From an uncultured Alphaproteobacteria bacterium (GTDB taxonomy: Bacteria > Pseudomonadota > Alphaproteobacteria > Rhodobacterales > Rhodobacteraceae), in contig CACMNE010000007.1 of assembly GCA_902614945.1 (NCBI GenBank), positions 1,235 to 65,234 on the forward strand: a stretch of DNA of 64,000 bases, given 5' to 3'. Both the position numbers and the translations under genes were made by a program. The notes below the pieces were generated by a model. The model had not been told where the DNA came from. It worked only from the letters and a program-made list of their open reading frames with translations, and did not search any database. Shown one piece after another: positions 18,689-28,507 of this stretch (position 1 is the stretch's first letter; each line of letters starts with the position of its first letter).

Positions 18689-19570
18689 ATGAGAAATATA
18701 AGAAATATTCACGAAAGATTAAATTTAGCACTTTCAAAAACACTTAAGGATGCTAAACAAACACCAGCTCCTCCTAAGTTAGCGGCTTCGGTTGACTATG
18801 CAGTTTTTCCGGGTGGAGCGAGAGTAAGACCTACACTTTGTTTATCAGTTGCAGAAGCCTGTGGTGAGGATGACTATGCTATTGCCGAGTCTTCTGCGGT
18901 AGCTTTGGAACTAATTCATTGTGCAAGTTTGGTTCACGATGACCTACCTTGTTTTGATAATTCTGAACTTAGGAGAGGTAAACCAACTGTTCATAGAGCT
19001 TTTGGTGAGACTGTTGCTGTTTTAGCTGGTGACTCATTGATTATTCTAGCTTTTGAAAACTTAGCTAGGGGTTGTGAAAAAAAACCAGAAAGATTAATTC
19101 AGCTAATTAAAATATTATCAAAATCTTCTGGCGTTCCTTTTGGAATATGTTCAGGTCAGGGTTGGGAAAGTGAAAATGAAATTAATTTAAGTGCTTATCA
19201 TCAATTAAAAACAGGTTCTTTATTCGTAGCTGCAACTTGTATGGGAGCAGTTTCGGCAGGGGAAGATCCAGAACCATGGGTAGAACTTGGAGCTAGAATA
19301 GGTGAAGCTTTTCAAGTTGCAGATGATTTAAAAGATGTTACCAGCTCTGAAAAAAATGTTGGAAAACCAACTGGTCAAGATGCCAAAAATTCCCGGCCTA
19401 GTGCTGTTAATGAATTTGGTGTTGAAGGAGCTATTAATCGATTGCAAGACATACTTAGCGGTGCAATTGCTTCAATTCCAGCTTGTCCAGGTGAGGCACG
19501 ATTATGTGATATTGTAAGAAAACAAGCTAAACAGCTAATGCCTTCTTTTGCTGCTGACAGAGTTCTTTAA
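18689..19570 (+). CDS. crtE: Geranylgeranyl diphosphate synthase
   Basis: Two Asp-rich prenyltransferase motifs (LVHDDLPCFDN and FQVADDLKD). I prefer ATG 18689, which is preceded by CAGGAG, over the track start at 18662. Confidence 0.93.
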   Translation: MRNIRNIHERLNLALSKTLKDAKQTPAPPKLAASVDYAVFPGGARVRPTLCLSVAEACGEDDYAIAESSAVALELIHCASLVHDDLPCFDNSELRRGKPTVHRAFGETVAVLAGDSLIILAFENLARGCEKKPERLIQLIKILSKSSGVPFGICSGQGWESENEINLSAYHQLKTGSLFVAATCMGAVSAGEDPEPWVELGARIGEAFQVADDLKDVTSSEKNVGKPTGQDAKNSRPSAVNEFGVEGAINRLQDILSGAIASIPACPGEARLCDIVRKQAKQLMPSFAADRVL

Positions 19571-19587
19571 AAATCCTGAGATTATTT

Positions 19588-20685
19588 ATGGAAATATTCA
19601 CCAATTGGCTGAATAATCTAGTAGCAAAACCATCTTTTCATTCGTTAATTAAGAAAATTCCTATTATTAGGAGATTGGCATTTAATGATGGAAAAATAAT
19701 CTATGACCTTGTAGCTGGATTTGTATATTCACAAGTGCTTTTAGCTATAATTGAATTACGCCTAATAGATTTTTTAATTACTGGAAAGAAGAAGATAGAC
19801 GATATATCAAGATTTACTGGTTTGCCACATGATAAGTGTATTTTATTATGTAATGCTGCAGCGTCGGTTGGACTATTAAAAAAAAATAAAGATTCTACTT
19901 ATAGACTTACAAGAATTGGAGCTGCTATTAAAGGAGTTTCAGGGTTAGATAAAATGATATTACATCATAAAATGTTTTATCGTGATCTAATAGATCCTGT
20001 AAAACTTCTAAATAAAAATTTTAATACTGAACTTAAAAATTTCTGGACCTACGTACCATCAAACAAAAAAATTACCAAAGAGGAAGCTAAAACTTATTCT
20101 GAATTAATGGGTATTTCTCAGCATATAGTTGCAGAAGAAACCCTAAATCTAGTAAATTTAAATCCTTTTAAAAGCCTTTTAGATTTAGGTGGAGGCAATG
20201 GTACATTTATTTTAGAGGTTAGAAGACGTTATCCTAATTTAATTTTGAATGTATTCGACCTCCCTAGTGTTATAGAAACAGCTAAATCTAAAATTAGCCA
20301 TTTAGGTGATAAATCTAAGATTAAATTAATTCCAGGTAATTTTATTGAGGATAAATTACCAGATGGCAATGATATAATTTTTTTAAATCGAGTACTATAT
20401 GATCACAATGATACGAATGTAGAATTATTAATTAAAAAAATTTATGATGCGCTATCTCCGGGTGGGCATTTAGTAATATCAGAGCCAATGGCAGGAAATG
20501 AAAAACCCACTCGTTCAGGGGATGCTTATTTTGGTTTTTATACACTAGCAATGACCTCTGGAAAGCCAAGAAGTAAAAACCAACATTTTAAAATACTAAA
20601 AAAAAGTGGATTTATGCAATTAAAATTTCTTCATGGTGCCAATGATTTTGTTACTTCGGTCATACTAGCAAAAAAAAATAACTAA
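19588..20685 (+). CDS. crtF: Demethylspheroidene O-methyltransferase
   Basis: Class I SAM-binding motif LLDLGGGNGTF with an N-terminal dimerisation-like domain. Position is crtE-crtF-bchC. Confidence 0.9.
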   Translation: MEIFTNWLNNLVAKPSFHSLIKKIPIIRRLAFNDGKIIYDLVAGFVYSQVLLAIIELRLIDFLITGKKKIDDISRFTGLPHDKCILLCNAAASVGLLKKNKDSTYRLTRIGAAIKGVSGLDKMILHHKMFYRDLIDPVKLLNKNFNTELKNFWTYVPSNKKITKEEAKTYSELMGISQHIVAEETLNLVNLNPFKSLLDLGGGNGTFILEVRRRYPNLILNVFDLPSVIETAKSKISHLGDKSKIKLIPGNFIEDKLPDGNDIIFLNRVLYDHNDTNVELLIKKIYDALSPGGHLVISEPMAGNEKPTRSGDAYFGFYTLAMTSGKPRSKNQHFKILKKSGFMQLKFLHGANDFVTSVILAKKNN

Positions 20686-20690
20686 TTTTC

Positions 20691-20742
20691 GTTTATAGTG
20701 TAAATTTTAGTTGACACTATAAACTGTCAGTATAAAATTACA
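20691..20742. promoter_or_regulatory. bchC promoter region with two PpsR-type palindromes and a TTGACA-N16-TAAAAT sigma70-like promoter
   Basis: Site 1, TGTAAATTTTAGTTGACA (20699..20716), contains a perfect -35 TTGACA and is embedded in a perfect 11-bp-arm inverted repeat GTTTATAGTGT-N12-ACACTATAAAC (20691..20724). Site 2, TGTCAGTATAAAATTACA (20725..20742), covers the -10 TAAAAT (20733..20738). Confidence 0.7.
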
Positions 20743-20788
20743 CTAGTTTTGCAAAATGTAACTAAACCTAACGTGAGGTATTTTTGAA

Positions 20789-21733
20789 TTGATTACTAAA
20801 GCTGTAGTGATGTCTGAGCCAGGTAGTTTGTCTATTCAACCTGTAGATTTAAAAAGCCCTTCAAAAGAAGATATTGTTATAGATATTAATTACTCTGGTA
20901 TCTCTACTGGTACTGAAAAACTATTTTACAACGGTAAGATGCCACAGTTTCCTGGCATGGGTTATCCTTTAGTTCCTGGATACGAATCAACAGGTGAAGT
21001 GGTACAGGCTCCTAAGGATTCAAATCTTAAAATCGGTGACATGGTTTTTGTACCTGGTGCTGATTGTTATTCAGGATCTGTAAAGAGTTTATTTGGAGGA
21101 GCAGCACAAATGATTATTTCTTCTCCCAATAGGCTTATAAAAATTGATCCAACTATGGGATGTAATGGTGCTTTATTCGCTCTTGCAGCTACCGCAAGAC
21201 ATGCAATTGCAGGTTTTGGAAATAAAATGCCAGATGTAATTGTAGGTCATGGAGTACTAGGTCGTTTGTTAGCCAGGCTCGTTATGCTTGCAGGTGAAAA
21301 GCCTCCAATAGTTTGGGAAAAAAATATTCTACGCCATTCAGGAGCAACAGATTATGAGGTTGTATTGCCTGAATATGATGAGCGTTCAGATTATGATTGT
21401 ATTTTTGATGTAAGTGGCGACTCTGAAATCTTAGATAGTTTAATTGGAAGAGTTCGAAAAGGTGGAGAGGTAGTTTTGGCTGGCTTTTATCCAGATAGAA
21501 TAGGGTTTGGGTTTGCCCAAGCTTTTCTTAAAGAAGTTTCACTTAGGGTCTCGGCAGAATTTACACCTGAAGATGTTGCAACAACAAAATTGCTAATAGA
21601 AGATGGTTCATTATCATTTGATGGACTAATTAGTGATGTTTATTCTGCTAAAAATGCAAACAAAGCCTACAATATCGCATTTAACAATGCTGAGTGTTTA
21701 AAAATGGTTTTAGATTGGAGAAATGCGGCATGA
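20789..21733 (+). CDS. bchC: Bacteriochlorophyllide a dehydrogenase
   Basis: Medium-chain dehydrogenase fold (GISTGTEKL, PLVPGYESTGEV). Begins the bchCXYZ block. TTG start 10 nt after GAGG; ATG 20810 is an alternative. Confidence 0.92.
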   Translation: MITKAVVMSEPGSLSIQPVDLKSPSKEDIVIDINYSGISTGTEKLFYNGKMPQFPGMGYPLVPGYESTGEVVQAPKDSNLKIGDMVFVPGADCYSGSVKSLFGGAAQMIISSPNRLIKIDPTMGCNGALFALAATARHAIAGFGNKMPDVIVGHGVLGRLLARLVMLAGEKPPIVWEKNILRHSGATDYEVVLPEYDERSDYDCIFDVSGDSEILDSLIGRVRKGGEVVLAGFYPDRIGFGFAQAFLKEVSLRVSAEFTPEDVATTKLLIEDGSLSFDGLISDVYSAKNANKAYNIAFNNAECLKMVLDWRNAA

Positions 21734-22755
21734 CTATAGAAACAATAAATGTCAAGGGGAATGCCAGTAAGGCTCTTGAGGACCACCATAATAGGTTAAA
21801 AAAAGAAGCCAAGGAACCAGTAGATGGTCTACATTTGAATGAACCTAAGAAAAAATGTCAAATAATTGCAATATACGGTAAAGGGGGGATTGGAAAATCT
21901 TTCACTTTAGCAAATTTGAGTTGTATGATGGCTGAGCAAGGTAAGCGAGTTCTGTTAATAGGCTGTGACCCTAAATCAGATACTACATCACTATTGTTTG
22001 AAGGTAAGGCATGTCCCACAATTATAGAGACTTCTACCAAAAAGAAACTTTCTGGCGAAGAGGTTGCTATTGGCGATGTTTGTTTCAAGAGAAATGGTGT
22101 TTTTGCTATGGAATTAGGTGGTCCAGAAGTAGGAAGAGGATGTGGAGGACGTGGCATAATTCATGGTTTTGAATTACTTGAAAAATTAGGTTTTCATGAC
22201 TGGGATTTTGATTACGTATTACTTGATTTCTTAGGAGATGTTGTTTGTGGAGGCTTTGGGTTACCAATAGCAAGGGATATGGCCCAAAAGGTAATTGTTG
22301 TTGGATCTAATGATTTACAGTCTTTATATGTTGCAAATAATGTTTGTTCGGCAGTTGAATATTTTCGAAAATTAGGTGGAAGCGTTGGAGTAGCTGGTAT
22401 TGTTATCAATAGGGATGACGGAACTGGAGAGGCGAAGAAATTTGCCGAAAAAGTTGGAATCCCAGTCCTTAGTACTATACCTGCAGATGATGACATAAGA
22501 AGGAAATCAGCAATGTATCAGATAATTGGGACAAAGCAAAGCCAGTGGGGAAATCTTTTTGAAACATTGGCTACAAATGTAGCAGGTGCTCCCCCTGTAA
22601 GACCCACTACTTTAAACCAAGACGAACTTTTGGGATTATTTGATGGTGGTCAAACAGGAGCTGGTTTTACGCTGGTACCAGCAACTGATGCAGATATGCG
22701 AGGAAAGTTTTCAAAGCCGAAGAAATCGTTGGAAGTTATATATGACAAGGTTTGA
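21730..22755 (+). CDS. bchX: Chlorophyllide a reductase iron protein subunit X
   Basis: NifH/BchL-like P-loop YGKGGIGKS with cluster cysteines in RGCGGRG and VVCGGF. The ATG overlaps the bchC TGA (ATGA). The track start at 21694 lies inside bchC. Confidence 0.95.
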   Translation: MTIETINVKGNASKALEDHHNRLKKEAKEPVDGLHLNEPKKKCQIIAIYGKGGIGKSFTLANLSCMMAEQGKRVLLIGCDPKSDTTSLLFEGKACPTIIETSTKKKLSGEEVAIGDVCFKRNGVFAMELGGPEVGRGCGGRGIIHGFELLEKLGFHDWDFDYVLLDFLGDVVCGGFGLPIARDMAQKVIVVGSNDLQSLYVANNVCSAVEYFRKLGGSVGVAGIVINRDDGTGEAKKFAEKVGIPVLSTIPADDDIRRKSAMYQIIGTKQSQWGNLFETLATNVAGAPPVRPTTLNQDELLGLFDGGQTGAGFTLVPATDADMRGKFSKPKKSLEVIYDKV

Positions 22756-22776
22756 TACTAAAAATAGGTTAAATAA

Positions 22777-24348
22777 ATGAGCACAGAGATCAAATATGAT
22801 CAAACGAATGAGGTCAAGTTGACAGAGGCTAATCAAGATCAAATGGAGAATTCACTGAGATCCTCTGAGCTTAAGTCATCTGGATGCCATTCAAAGCTTA
22901 ATAAAGAGAAATCAATAAAGTCTATAAATGGTAATAATAAGCTTTTAGATAAATTTAAAAAAGATTACCCGCTGGGGCCACATGATAAACCGCAAAGTAT
23001 GTGTCCTGCTTTTGGATCTTTAAGAGTTGGTCTTAGAATGAGAAGAGTTGCTACAATTTTATCTGGCTCTGCATGTTGTGTCTATGGATTAACATTTGTT
23101 TCTCACTTTTATGGTGCTAGAAGATCTGTTGGTTATGTTCCTTTTAGCTCAGAAACACTTGTGTCTGGGAAATTATTTGAAGATATTAGAGATTCTGTAC
23201 ATAAAACTGCTGATCCCTCAAAATATGACGCTATTATAGTTACAAATTTATGTGTCCCTACTGCATCAGGTGTACCATTAAGATTGCTTCCAAACGAAAT
23301 TAATGGTGTAAGAATTATTGGTATTGATGTTCCGGGTTTTGGAGTTCCAACTCACGCAGAGGCTAAAGATGTTCTTGCAGGTGCCATGCTTAATTATGCT
23401 AGAAAAGAAGCAGAGAAAGGCCCAGTATCAACACCGCTGTCAGGTAAATCTGATAGACCAACTGTAGCTTTGCTTGGGGAAATGTTTCCGGCCGATCCAA
23501 TAGGAATAAGTGGGATATTATCCCATTTAGGACTAACTACAGGGCCTGTGGTTCCTTGTCGTGAATGGAGAGAATTATATGGTGCCTTGGACTGCTCATT
23601 GGTTTCAGCTATTCATCCGTTTTATACTGCTTCAATCAGAGAATTTGAAGAGGCTGGTAGACCAATTTTAGGATCAGCTCCAGTTGGCAGTGAAGGAACT
23701 GAGGATTGGATTCAATCAGTGGGTGAAATTTTTAATATTAAAAAGGGTATAATCTCAAAATGTAAAAATGAAATTCTTCCAAAGATAAAAGAGAGTTTAA
23801 AATTACATAAGATTAAAGGAACAATAACGCTTTCTGGTTATGAGGGATCTGAGCTACTTGTTGCTCGTCTCTTAATAGAAAGTGGAGCAAAAATTCCTTA
23901 TGTTGGAACTGCGTGTCCAAAGACTAAATGGTCTGAAAAAGACAAAGAATGGTTAGAGTCAAAGGGAACAATGGTTAAATTCAGGGCGAGTTTGGAGGAT
24001 GATTGTGCTGCTGTTAAAGCAATCAAGCCATCTCTTGCAATTGGCACTACTCCTGTAGTCCAAAAAGGTAAAGAACTTGGGATTCCATCTTTATATTTCA
24101 CAAATTTAATTTCAGCTCGTCCTTTAATGGGTGTTGCTGGAGCCGGAAGCTTAGCACAAGTAGTGAATGCAGCCATGAAAAATAAAAAAAGAATGGCAGA
24201 TATGAAAAGCTTTTTTTCTGGAGTTGGTAGAGAAGATACATCAGGTATCTGGGAGAAAAGCCCGAATTTAAAACCTCAATTTCGAGAGCATAATTTAAAA
24301 AAGATAGAAAAAAGAAAAAAAGCTGAAAAAGCAGCGGAGATGATTTAA
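22777..24348 (+). CDS. bchY: Chlorophyllide a reductase subunit Y
   Basis: NifD/BchN-like, with the conserved block [24 protein letters not shown]. Confidence 0.95.
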   Translation: MSTEIKYDQTNEVKLTEANQDQMENSLRSSELKSSGCHSKLNKEKSIKSINGNNKLLDKFKKDYPLGPHDKPQSMCPAFGSLRVGLRMRRVATILSGSACCVYGLTFVSHFYGARRSVGYVPFSSETLVSGKLFEDIRDSVHKTADPSKYDAIIVTNLCVPTASGVPLRLLPNEINGVRIIGIDVPGFGVPTHAEAKDVLAGAMLNYARKEAEKGPVSTPLSGKSDRPTVALLGEMFPADPIGISGILSHLGLTTGPVVPCREWRELYGALDCSLVSAIHPFYTASIREFEEAGRPILGSAPVGSEGTEDWIQSVGEIFNIKKGIISKCKNEILPKIKESLKLHKIKGTITLSGYEGSELLVARLLIESGAKIPYVGTACPKTKWSEKDKEWLESKGTMVKFRASLEDDCAAVKAIKPSLAIGTTPVVQKGKELGIPSLYFTNLISARPLMGVAGAGSLAQVVNAAMKNKKRMADMKSFFSGVGREDTSGIWEKSPNLKPQFREHNLKKIEKRKKAEKAAEMI

Positions 24349-25802
24349 TGCTAATTCAAGATCATGACAGAGCTGGTGGATATTGGGGATCTGTATATGC
24401 CTTTTGTGCAATCAAAGGTCTTCAAGTTGTAATTGATGGACCTGTTGGTTGTGAGAATTTACCAGTTACATCTGTCTTGCATTATACTGATGCATTACCA
24501 CCTCATGAATTACCAATAGTAGTAACTGGATTAGCAGAAGAAGAGTTAGGAAGAGAAGGTACCGAAGGTTCAATGAAGCGAGCATGGAAAACCTTAGATC
24601 CCGCGTTGCCTTCTGTAGTTGTCACTGGATCAATTGCAGAAATGATTGGTGGTGGAGTAACACCAGAGGGAACAACCATTCAAAGGTTTCTACCCCGTAC
24701 CATTGACGAAGATCAATGGCAGTCTGCTGATAGAGCCATGACATGGATATTTACTAACTTTGGACAAACAAAAGGTAGAATGCCTAGGGAAGCAAAAAGA
24801 GAAGAAGGAGCAAAACCAAGAGTAAACATTTTAGGGCCTATGTATGGAACATTTAATATGCCATCTGACTTAGCAGAGATAAGAAGATTAGTTGAAGGTA
24901 TAGGGGCAGAAATAAATATGGTTTTCCCCCTCGGTAGTCACTTGGCAGATGCCAATAAACTAGTTAATGCAGATGTAAATGTTGTCTTATATAGAGAGTT
25001 TGGTAGAGGTCTAGCTGAAATTCTTGATAAACCTTATCTTCAAGCCCCGATTGGAATAGACTCTACAACTAAATTTTTGCGCAAATTAGGAGAATTATTA
25101 AAGCTAGATCCTGAACCATTTATTGAACAAGAAAAACATTCTACAATAAAACCTGTTTGGGATTTATGGAGATCAGTTACTCAAGATTTTTTTGCAACTG
25201 CTAGCTTTGGAATTGTAGCTAATGAAACATATTCCCGTGGAATACGAAATTTTCTGGAAAATGATTTAGGCTTACCCTGTAGTTTTGCAATAGCAAGAAT
25301 TTCAGGAAAAAAAACAAATAATGACGAAGTAAGGTCATTGATAAGGGAAAAAAGACCTTTAGTATTAATGGGTTCCATTAATGAAAAAATGTACTTAGCA
25401 GAATTAAAGAAAGGATTTGGACCTAGTCCTTCCTTTATTCCTGCAAGCTTCCCTGGAGCTGCAATTAGAAGATCAACTGGGACTCCGATGATGGGTTTTG
25501 CTGGTGCTACCTATTTGTTGCAAGAGGTTTGTAATAGTCTCTTTGACTCTCTTTTTCATATTTTACCACTTGGTTCTGATATGGACGAAGTTGCTGCAAC
25601 ACCAACAAATTTAAAAAGAGATTTCCCATGGGATAAAGATGCTAAGGAATTTTTAGATAAGATTGTTCAAGAACATCCAGTAATCACAAGGATTTCAGCA
25701 GCAAAGAATCTTAGAGACGAAGCGGAAAGATCAGCATTAGCTGAAGGTAATGAAAGAGTTGTCTTGGAGACAGTTAAGAAAATTAGAGATAAAAGAATTT
25801 AA
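24348..25802 (+). CDS. bchZ: Chlorophyllide a reductase subunit Z
   Basis: NifK/BchB-like N-terminus ([36 protein letters not shown]). The ATG overlaps the bchY TAA by 1 nt. Confidence 0.95.
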   Translation: MLIQDHDRAGGYWGSVYAFCAIKGLQVVIDGPVGCENLPVTSVLHYTDALPPHELPIVVTGLAEEELGREGTEGSMKRAWKTLDPALPSVVVTGSIAEMIGGGVTPEGTTIQRFLPRTIDEDQWQSADRAMTWIFTNFGQTKGRMPREAKREEGAKPRVNILGPMYGTFNMPSDLAEIRRLVEGIGAEINMVFPLGSHLADANKLVNADVNVVLYREFGRGLAEILDKPYLQAPIGIDSTTKFLRKLGELLKLDPEPFIEQEKHSTIKPVWDLWRSVTQDFFATASFGIVANETYSRGIRNFLENDLGLPCSFAIARISGKKTNNDEVRSLIREKRPLVLMGSINEKMYLAELKKGFGPSPSFIPASFPGAAIRRSTGTPMMGFAGATYLLQEVCNSLFDSLFHILPLGSDMDEVAATPTNLKRDFPWDKDAKEFLDKIVQEHPVITRISAAKNLRDEAERSALAEGNERVVLETVKKIRDKRI

Positions 25803-25828
25803 TAACAAGGAAAAAGGGGAGAATAAAA

Positions 25829-26065
25829 ATGAAGCAGTCAACAGTTAAAGAGTTTTGTGTTTCAGATTACAGAAGGACAATTAAGTTGGAGTACAGAATT
25901 TATTTTGCTCTAATTTTTTTGATTTCTATACCTTTAGCTACTTTCACATGGTTAACTTATTTAATTATGAACATTTTTAATTCTAAAGCAAAAACAAATG
26001 AGGGTATTTTTAGAAGGGCATGGGGACATGCACAAGTGATAACCCCAATGATATTTACCGCATGA
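25829..26065 (+). CDS. pufQ: PufQ
   Basis: 78 aa with one central TM helix. LEYRIYFALIFLISIPLA and the C-terminal FRRAWGHAQVITPMIFTA parallel Rhodobacter PufQ as I recall it. Located between bchZ and pufB. Confidence 0.85.
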   Translation: MKQSTVKEFCVSDYRRTIKLEYRIYFALIFLISIPLATFTWLTYLIMNIFNSKAKTNEGIFRRAWGHAQVITPMIFTA

Positions 26066-26185
26066 GAGCGGTTTACGAAATTCGGTGGCACTCTAGCTAC
26101 CGGATAGTTCTGAGCCATGAGGGTTCAGAAATGTCAACCCTGCGAGCAATCGTGGGATCAGTCGAAACAATCCGGAGGATTAAAC
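26066..26185 (+). promoter_or_regulatory. GC-rich structured pufB 5' leader (pufQ-pufB intercistronic RNA)
   Basis: Visibly more GC-rich than all other intergenic DNA in the window. Candidate hairpins are CGGTGGC-ACTCTA-GCTACCG (26083..26102) and two mutually exclusive stems, CTGAGCC-ATGAG-GGTTCAG (26110..26128) and AGGGTT-N10-AACCCT (26120..26141). SD GGAGGA at 26174..26179. Confidence 0.55.
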
Positions 26186-26344
26186 ATGGCTGGAAATAAC
26201 GACCTGTCATTATCAGGTTTAACAGAGGATCAAGCACAGGAACTTCATAGTGTTTATATGAGCGGTCTTTGGACATTCACACTTATGTGTGTACTGGCTC
26301 ATATTGCAACATGGATTTGGCGTCCTTGGTTCTATTTCAGTTAA
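26186..26344 (+). CDS. pufB: Light-harvesting 1 beta polypeptide
   Basis: 52 aa, [49 protein letters not shown]..., with the BChl-ligand His in AHI. ATG 26186 follows GGAGGA. The track start at 26117 is an unsupported in-frame extension. Confidence 0.93.
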   Translation: MAGNNDLSLSGLTEDQAQELHSVYMSGLWTFTLMCVLAHIATWIWRPWFYFS

Positions 26345-26355
26345 AGGAGAATTAA

Positions 26356-26526
26356 ATGAGTCAATTTTACAAAATATGGCTGATTTTTGACCCACGTAGA
26401 GTGTTCGTGGCTCAAGGCGTATTTCTCTTTTTATTAGCAGCGTTAATACATTTAGTGTTGCTAAGCACAGAACACTTCAATTGGTTTGAGGCAGCAGCAA
26501 CTGCTTCTAAGGCCGCTGGTGGCTAA
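26356..26526 (+). CDS. pufA: Light-harvesting 1 alpha polypeptide
   Basis: 56-aa ORF not in the ORF track because it falls below the length cut-off. It reads [64 protein letters not shown] lies 7 nt upstream. The sequence is nearly canonical Rhodobacter/Roseobacter-type PufA. Confidence 0.93.
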   Translation: MSQFYKIWLIFDPRRVFVAQGVFLFLLAALIHLVLLSTEHFNWFEAAATASKAAGG

Positions 26527-26540
26527 ACCAATTTAAAGTG

Positions 26541-26579
26541 GCCGTGGGCGGGCTCCCCCCCAAACAACCCGCCTACGGC
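26541..26579 (+). terminator. pufA-pufL intercistronic stem-loop (partial terminator / mRNA-stability element)
   Basis: GCCGTGGGCGGG (26541..26552) pairs with CCCGCCTACGGC (26568..26579), giving 12 bp with one G-U pair and a 15-nt C-rich loop, with no U-tract. The position matches the known Rhodobacter puf intercistronic hairpin. Confidence 0.75.
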
Positions 26580-26641
26580 AAATATATTAAGATTTATTGG
26601 ATGTAAATAAAAAATGAAGAATTTTAATAGGAGGTCGCGAG

Positions 26642-27532
26642 ATGGCATTACTCAGTTTTGAGAGAAAGTATCGTGTTCCCGGAGGCACCCTAATCGGAAG
26701 AGACTTATTCGATTTTTGGGTTGGGCCTTTTTATATTGGCTTTTTTGGTTTAATGACCATATTTTTTGCCTCATTAGGTACATTGCTTATCTTATGGGGA
26801 GCCGCATTACAGGGAACTTGGAATCCTTTCCTTATAAGTATAAATCCACCAGCATTGGAGTATGGTTTACAATTTGCTCCACTCAGAGATGGAGGATTAT
26901 GGCAAATAATTACTATTTGTGCACATGGTGCATTTATAGCTTGGTTATTAAGAGAAGTAGAAATTTGTAGAAAGTTAGGTATTGGTTATCACGTACCTTT
27001 TGCTTTTGGTGTAGCTATTTTTGCATATACTTCATTGGTTGTAATAAGACCTGTGTTAATGGGTGCATGGGGTCATGCATTTCCTTACGGAATATTTTCA
27101 CACTTAGATTGGGTATCTTATACAGGATATGCGTATATTAATTTTCATTTTAATCCAGCACATTGGGTTGCAATTACTTTTTTCTTTACAACCACTTTAG
27201 CGCTAGCATTACATGGTGGATTAGTATTATCAGCTGCAAATCCAGAGAGTGGAAAAGAATCAAAATCTCCAGATCACGAAGATACTTATTTTAGGGATTT
27301 TATTGGTTATTCAATTGGAACTATAGGTATTCACAGAATAGGATTACTTCTCGCATTAAATGCAGGATTTTGGTCTGCAGTGTGTATATTGATTTCTGGG
27401 CCAGCGTGGATATTCCCTGAGGGATCTAGTTGGGTTGAATGGTGGAATTGGTGGCCTAGATTAACCACTTTTTCTGAAGCACAATATCAAGAAACAATGA
27501 CTTTTATAAACAGTCTAGAATGGACGCAGTAG
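26642..27532 (+). CDS. pufL: Photosynthetic reaction centre L subunit
   Basis: [19 protein letters not shown]..., five TM helices, [28 protein letters not shown] and the C-terminal WWNWW block. SD AGGAGG upstream. Confidence 0.97.
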   Translation: MALLSFERKYRVPGGTLIGRDLFDFWVGPFYIGFFGLMTIFFASLGTLLILWGAALQGTWNPFLISINPPALEYGLQFAPLRDGGLWQIITICAHGAFIAWLLREVEICRKLGIGYHVPFAFGVAIFAYTSLVVIRPVLMGAWGHAFPYGIFSHLDWVSYTGYAYINFHFNPAHWVAITFFFTTTLALALHGGLVLSAANPESGKESKSPDHEDTYFRDFIGYSIGTIGIHRIGLLLALNAGFWSAVCILISGPAWIFPEGSSWVEWWNWWPRLTTFSEAQYQETMTFINSLEWTQ

Positions 27533-27539
27533 GAGGTTT

Positions 27540-28505
27540 ATGATGGCTGAATATCAAAATATTTTTACACAAGTCCAAGTGAAAGGTCCTCCCGAGATGG
27601 GAATGGACGAGACTGGAAATCTATCAAGTGAAAGAACTAAATCAACAAGAAATAATACCTGGTTAGGTTATATTGGAAATGCTCAGCTTGGCCCAATCCA
27701 TTTGGGAATGTTTGGAGTAGTATCAATATATTTATTCTTTGTATGGTTTTTTCTTGTTGGATTTGCGATGCTACAACAAGTAAACTTTGATTTTGCTCTT
27801 TTCATAAGAACATTATTTTGGTTATCTCTTAATCCACCACCTGAGAAGTATGGATTATCATTTCCTCCCATTAATGATGGTGGGTTATACATGATTGCCA
27901 GTTTTTGTCTACTGTTCTCAGTTTTGAGCTGGTGGGTAAGGTCTTATTTGAGAGCTAATGAATTAGGAATGGGCAAGCATATTTGTTGGGCATTTGCAGC
28001 AGCGATATGGTTGTTTCTTGTAATTGGACTTTTTCGACCAATTGCCATGGGTTCATGGTCAGAAATGGTTCCTTATGGAATTTTTCCTCACTTGATTTGG
28101 ACTAATAATTTGTCTGTAGCTTGGGGAAATCTTTTTTATAATCCGTTTCATGCTTTATGTATTGTTTTTCTTTATGGTTCAGCTCTTTTATTTGCTATGC
28201 ATGGTGCCACAATATTAGCAACATCCAGACTTGGTGGAGATCGTGAATTAGAACAAATTTATGATAGAGGAACAGCTTCAGAAAGGGCTGCTCTATTTTG
28301 GAGATGGACGATGGGTTTTAATGCATCAATGGAAGGTATTCATCGGTGGGCTTGGTGGTTTGCTGTACTAGTACCTATAACAGGTGGAATAGGAATTCTA
28401 CTAACAGGTACAGTAGTAGATGATTGGAGATACTGGGCTGTAGAGCATGGTTTTGCAACTGAAATAGAATATTCAGTACCAGAATCCACATTATTAGGAG
28501 AATAA
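27540..28505 (+). CDS. pufM: Photosynthetic reaction centre M subunit
   Basis: [20 protein letters not shown]..., [18 protein letters not shown] and [11 protein letters not shown]. Confidence 0.97.
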   Translation: MMAEYQNIFTQVQVKGPPEMGMDETGNLSSERTKSTRNNTWLGYIGNAQLGPIHLGMFGVVSIYLFFVWFFLVGFAMLQQVNFDFALFIRTLFWLSLNPPPEKYGLSFPPINDGGLYMIASFCLLFSVLSWWVRSYLRANELGMGKHICWAFAAAIWLFLVIGLFRPIAMGSWSEMVPYGIFPHLIWTNNLSVAWGNLFYNPFHALCIVFLYGSALLFAMHGATILATSRLGGDRELEQIYDRGTASERAALFWRWTMGFNASMEGIHRWAWWFAVLVPITGGIGILLTGTVVDDWRYWAVEHGFATEIEYSVPESTLLGE

Positions 28506-28507
28506 TT

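Noticed and set aside
26117-26185. In-frame 23-codon N-terminal extension of pufB ([23 protein letters not shown]), possibly a pufK-like leader peptide.
   Set aside because: There is no SD before ATG 26117, whereas ATG 26186 has GGAGGA at ideal spacing and gives a canonical-length PufB. The extension coincides with the GC-rich structured leader. A leader-peptide role cannot be excluded, but nothing supports it.
26066-26185. Cobalamin riboswitch or another known riboswitch in the GC-rich pufB leader, considered because the B12-binding AerR lies nearby.
   Set aside because: I could find no B12-box-like consensus or multi-stem junction architecture. The segment is too short and is better explained as mRNA-stability hairpins.
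26615-26662. 15-codon uORF ([15 protein letters not shown]) overlapping the pufL SD and start codon.
   Set aside because: It has no ribosome-binding site, and ATG-initiated ORFs this short are expected by chance in AT-rich spacers.
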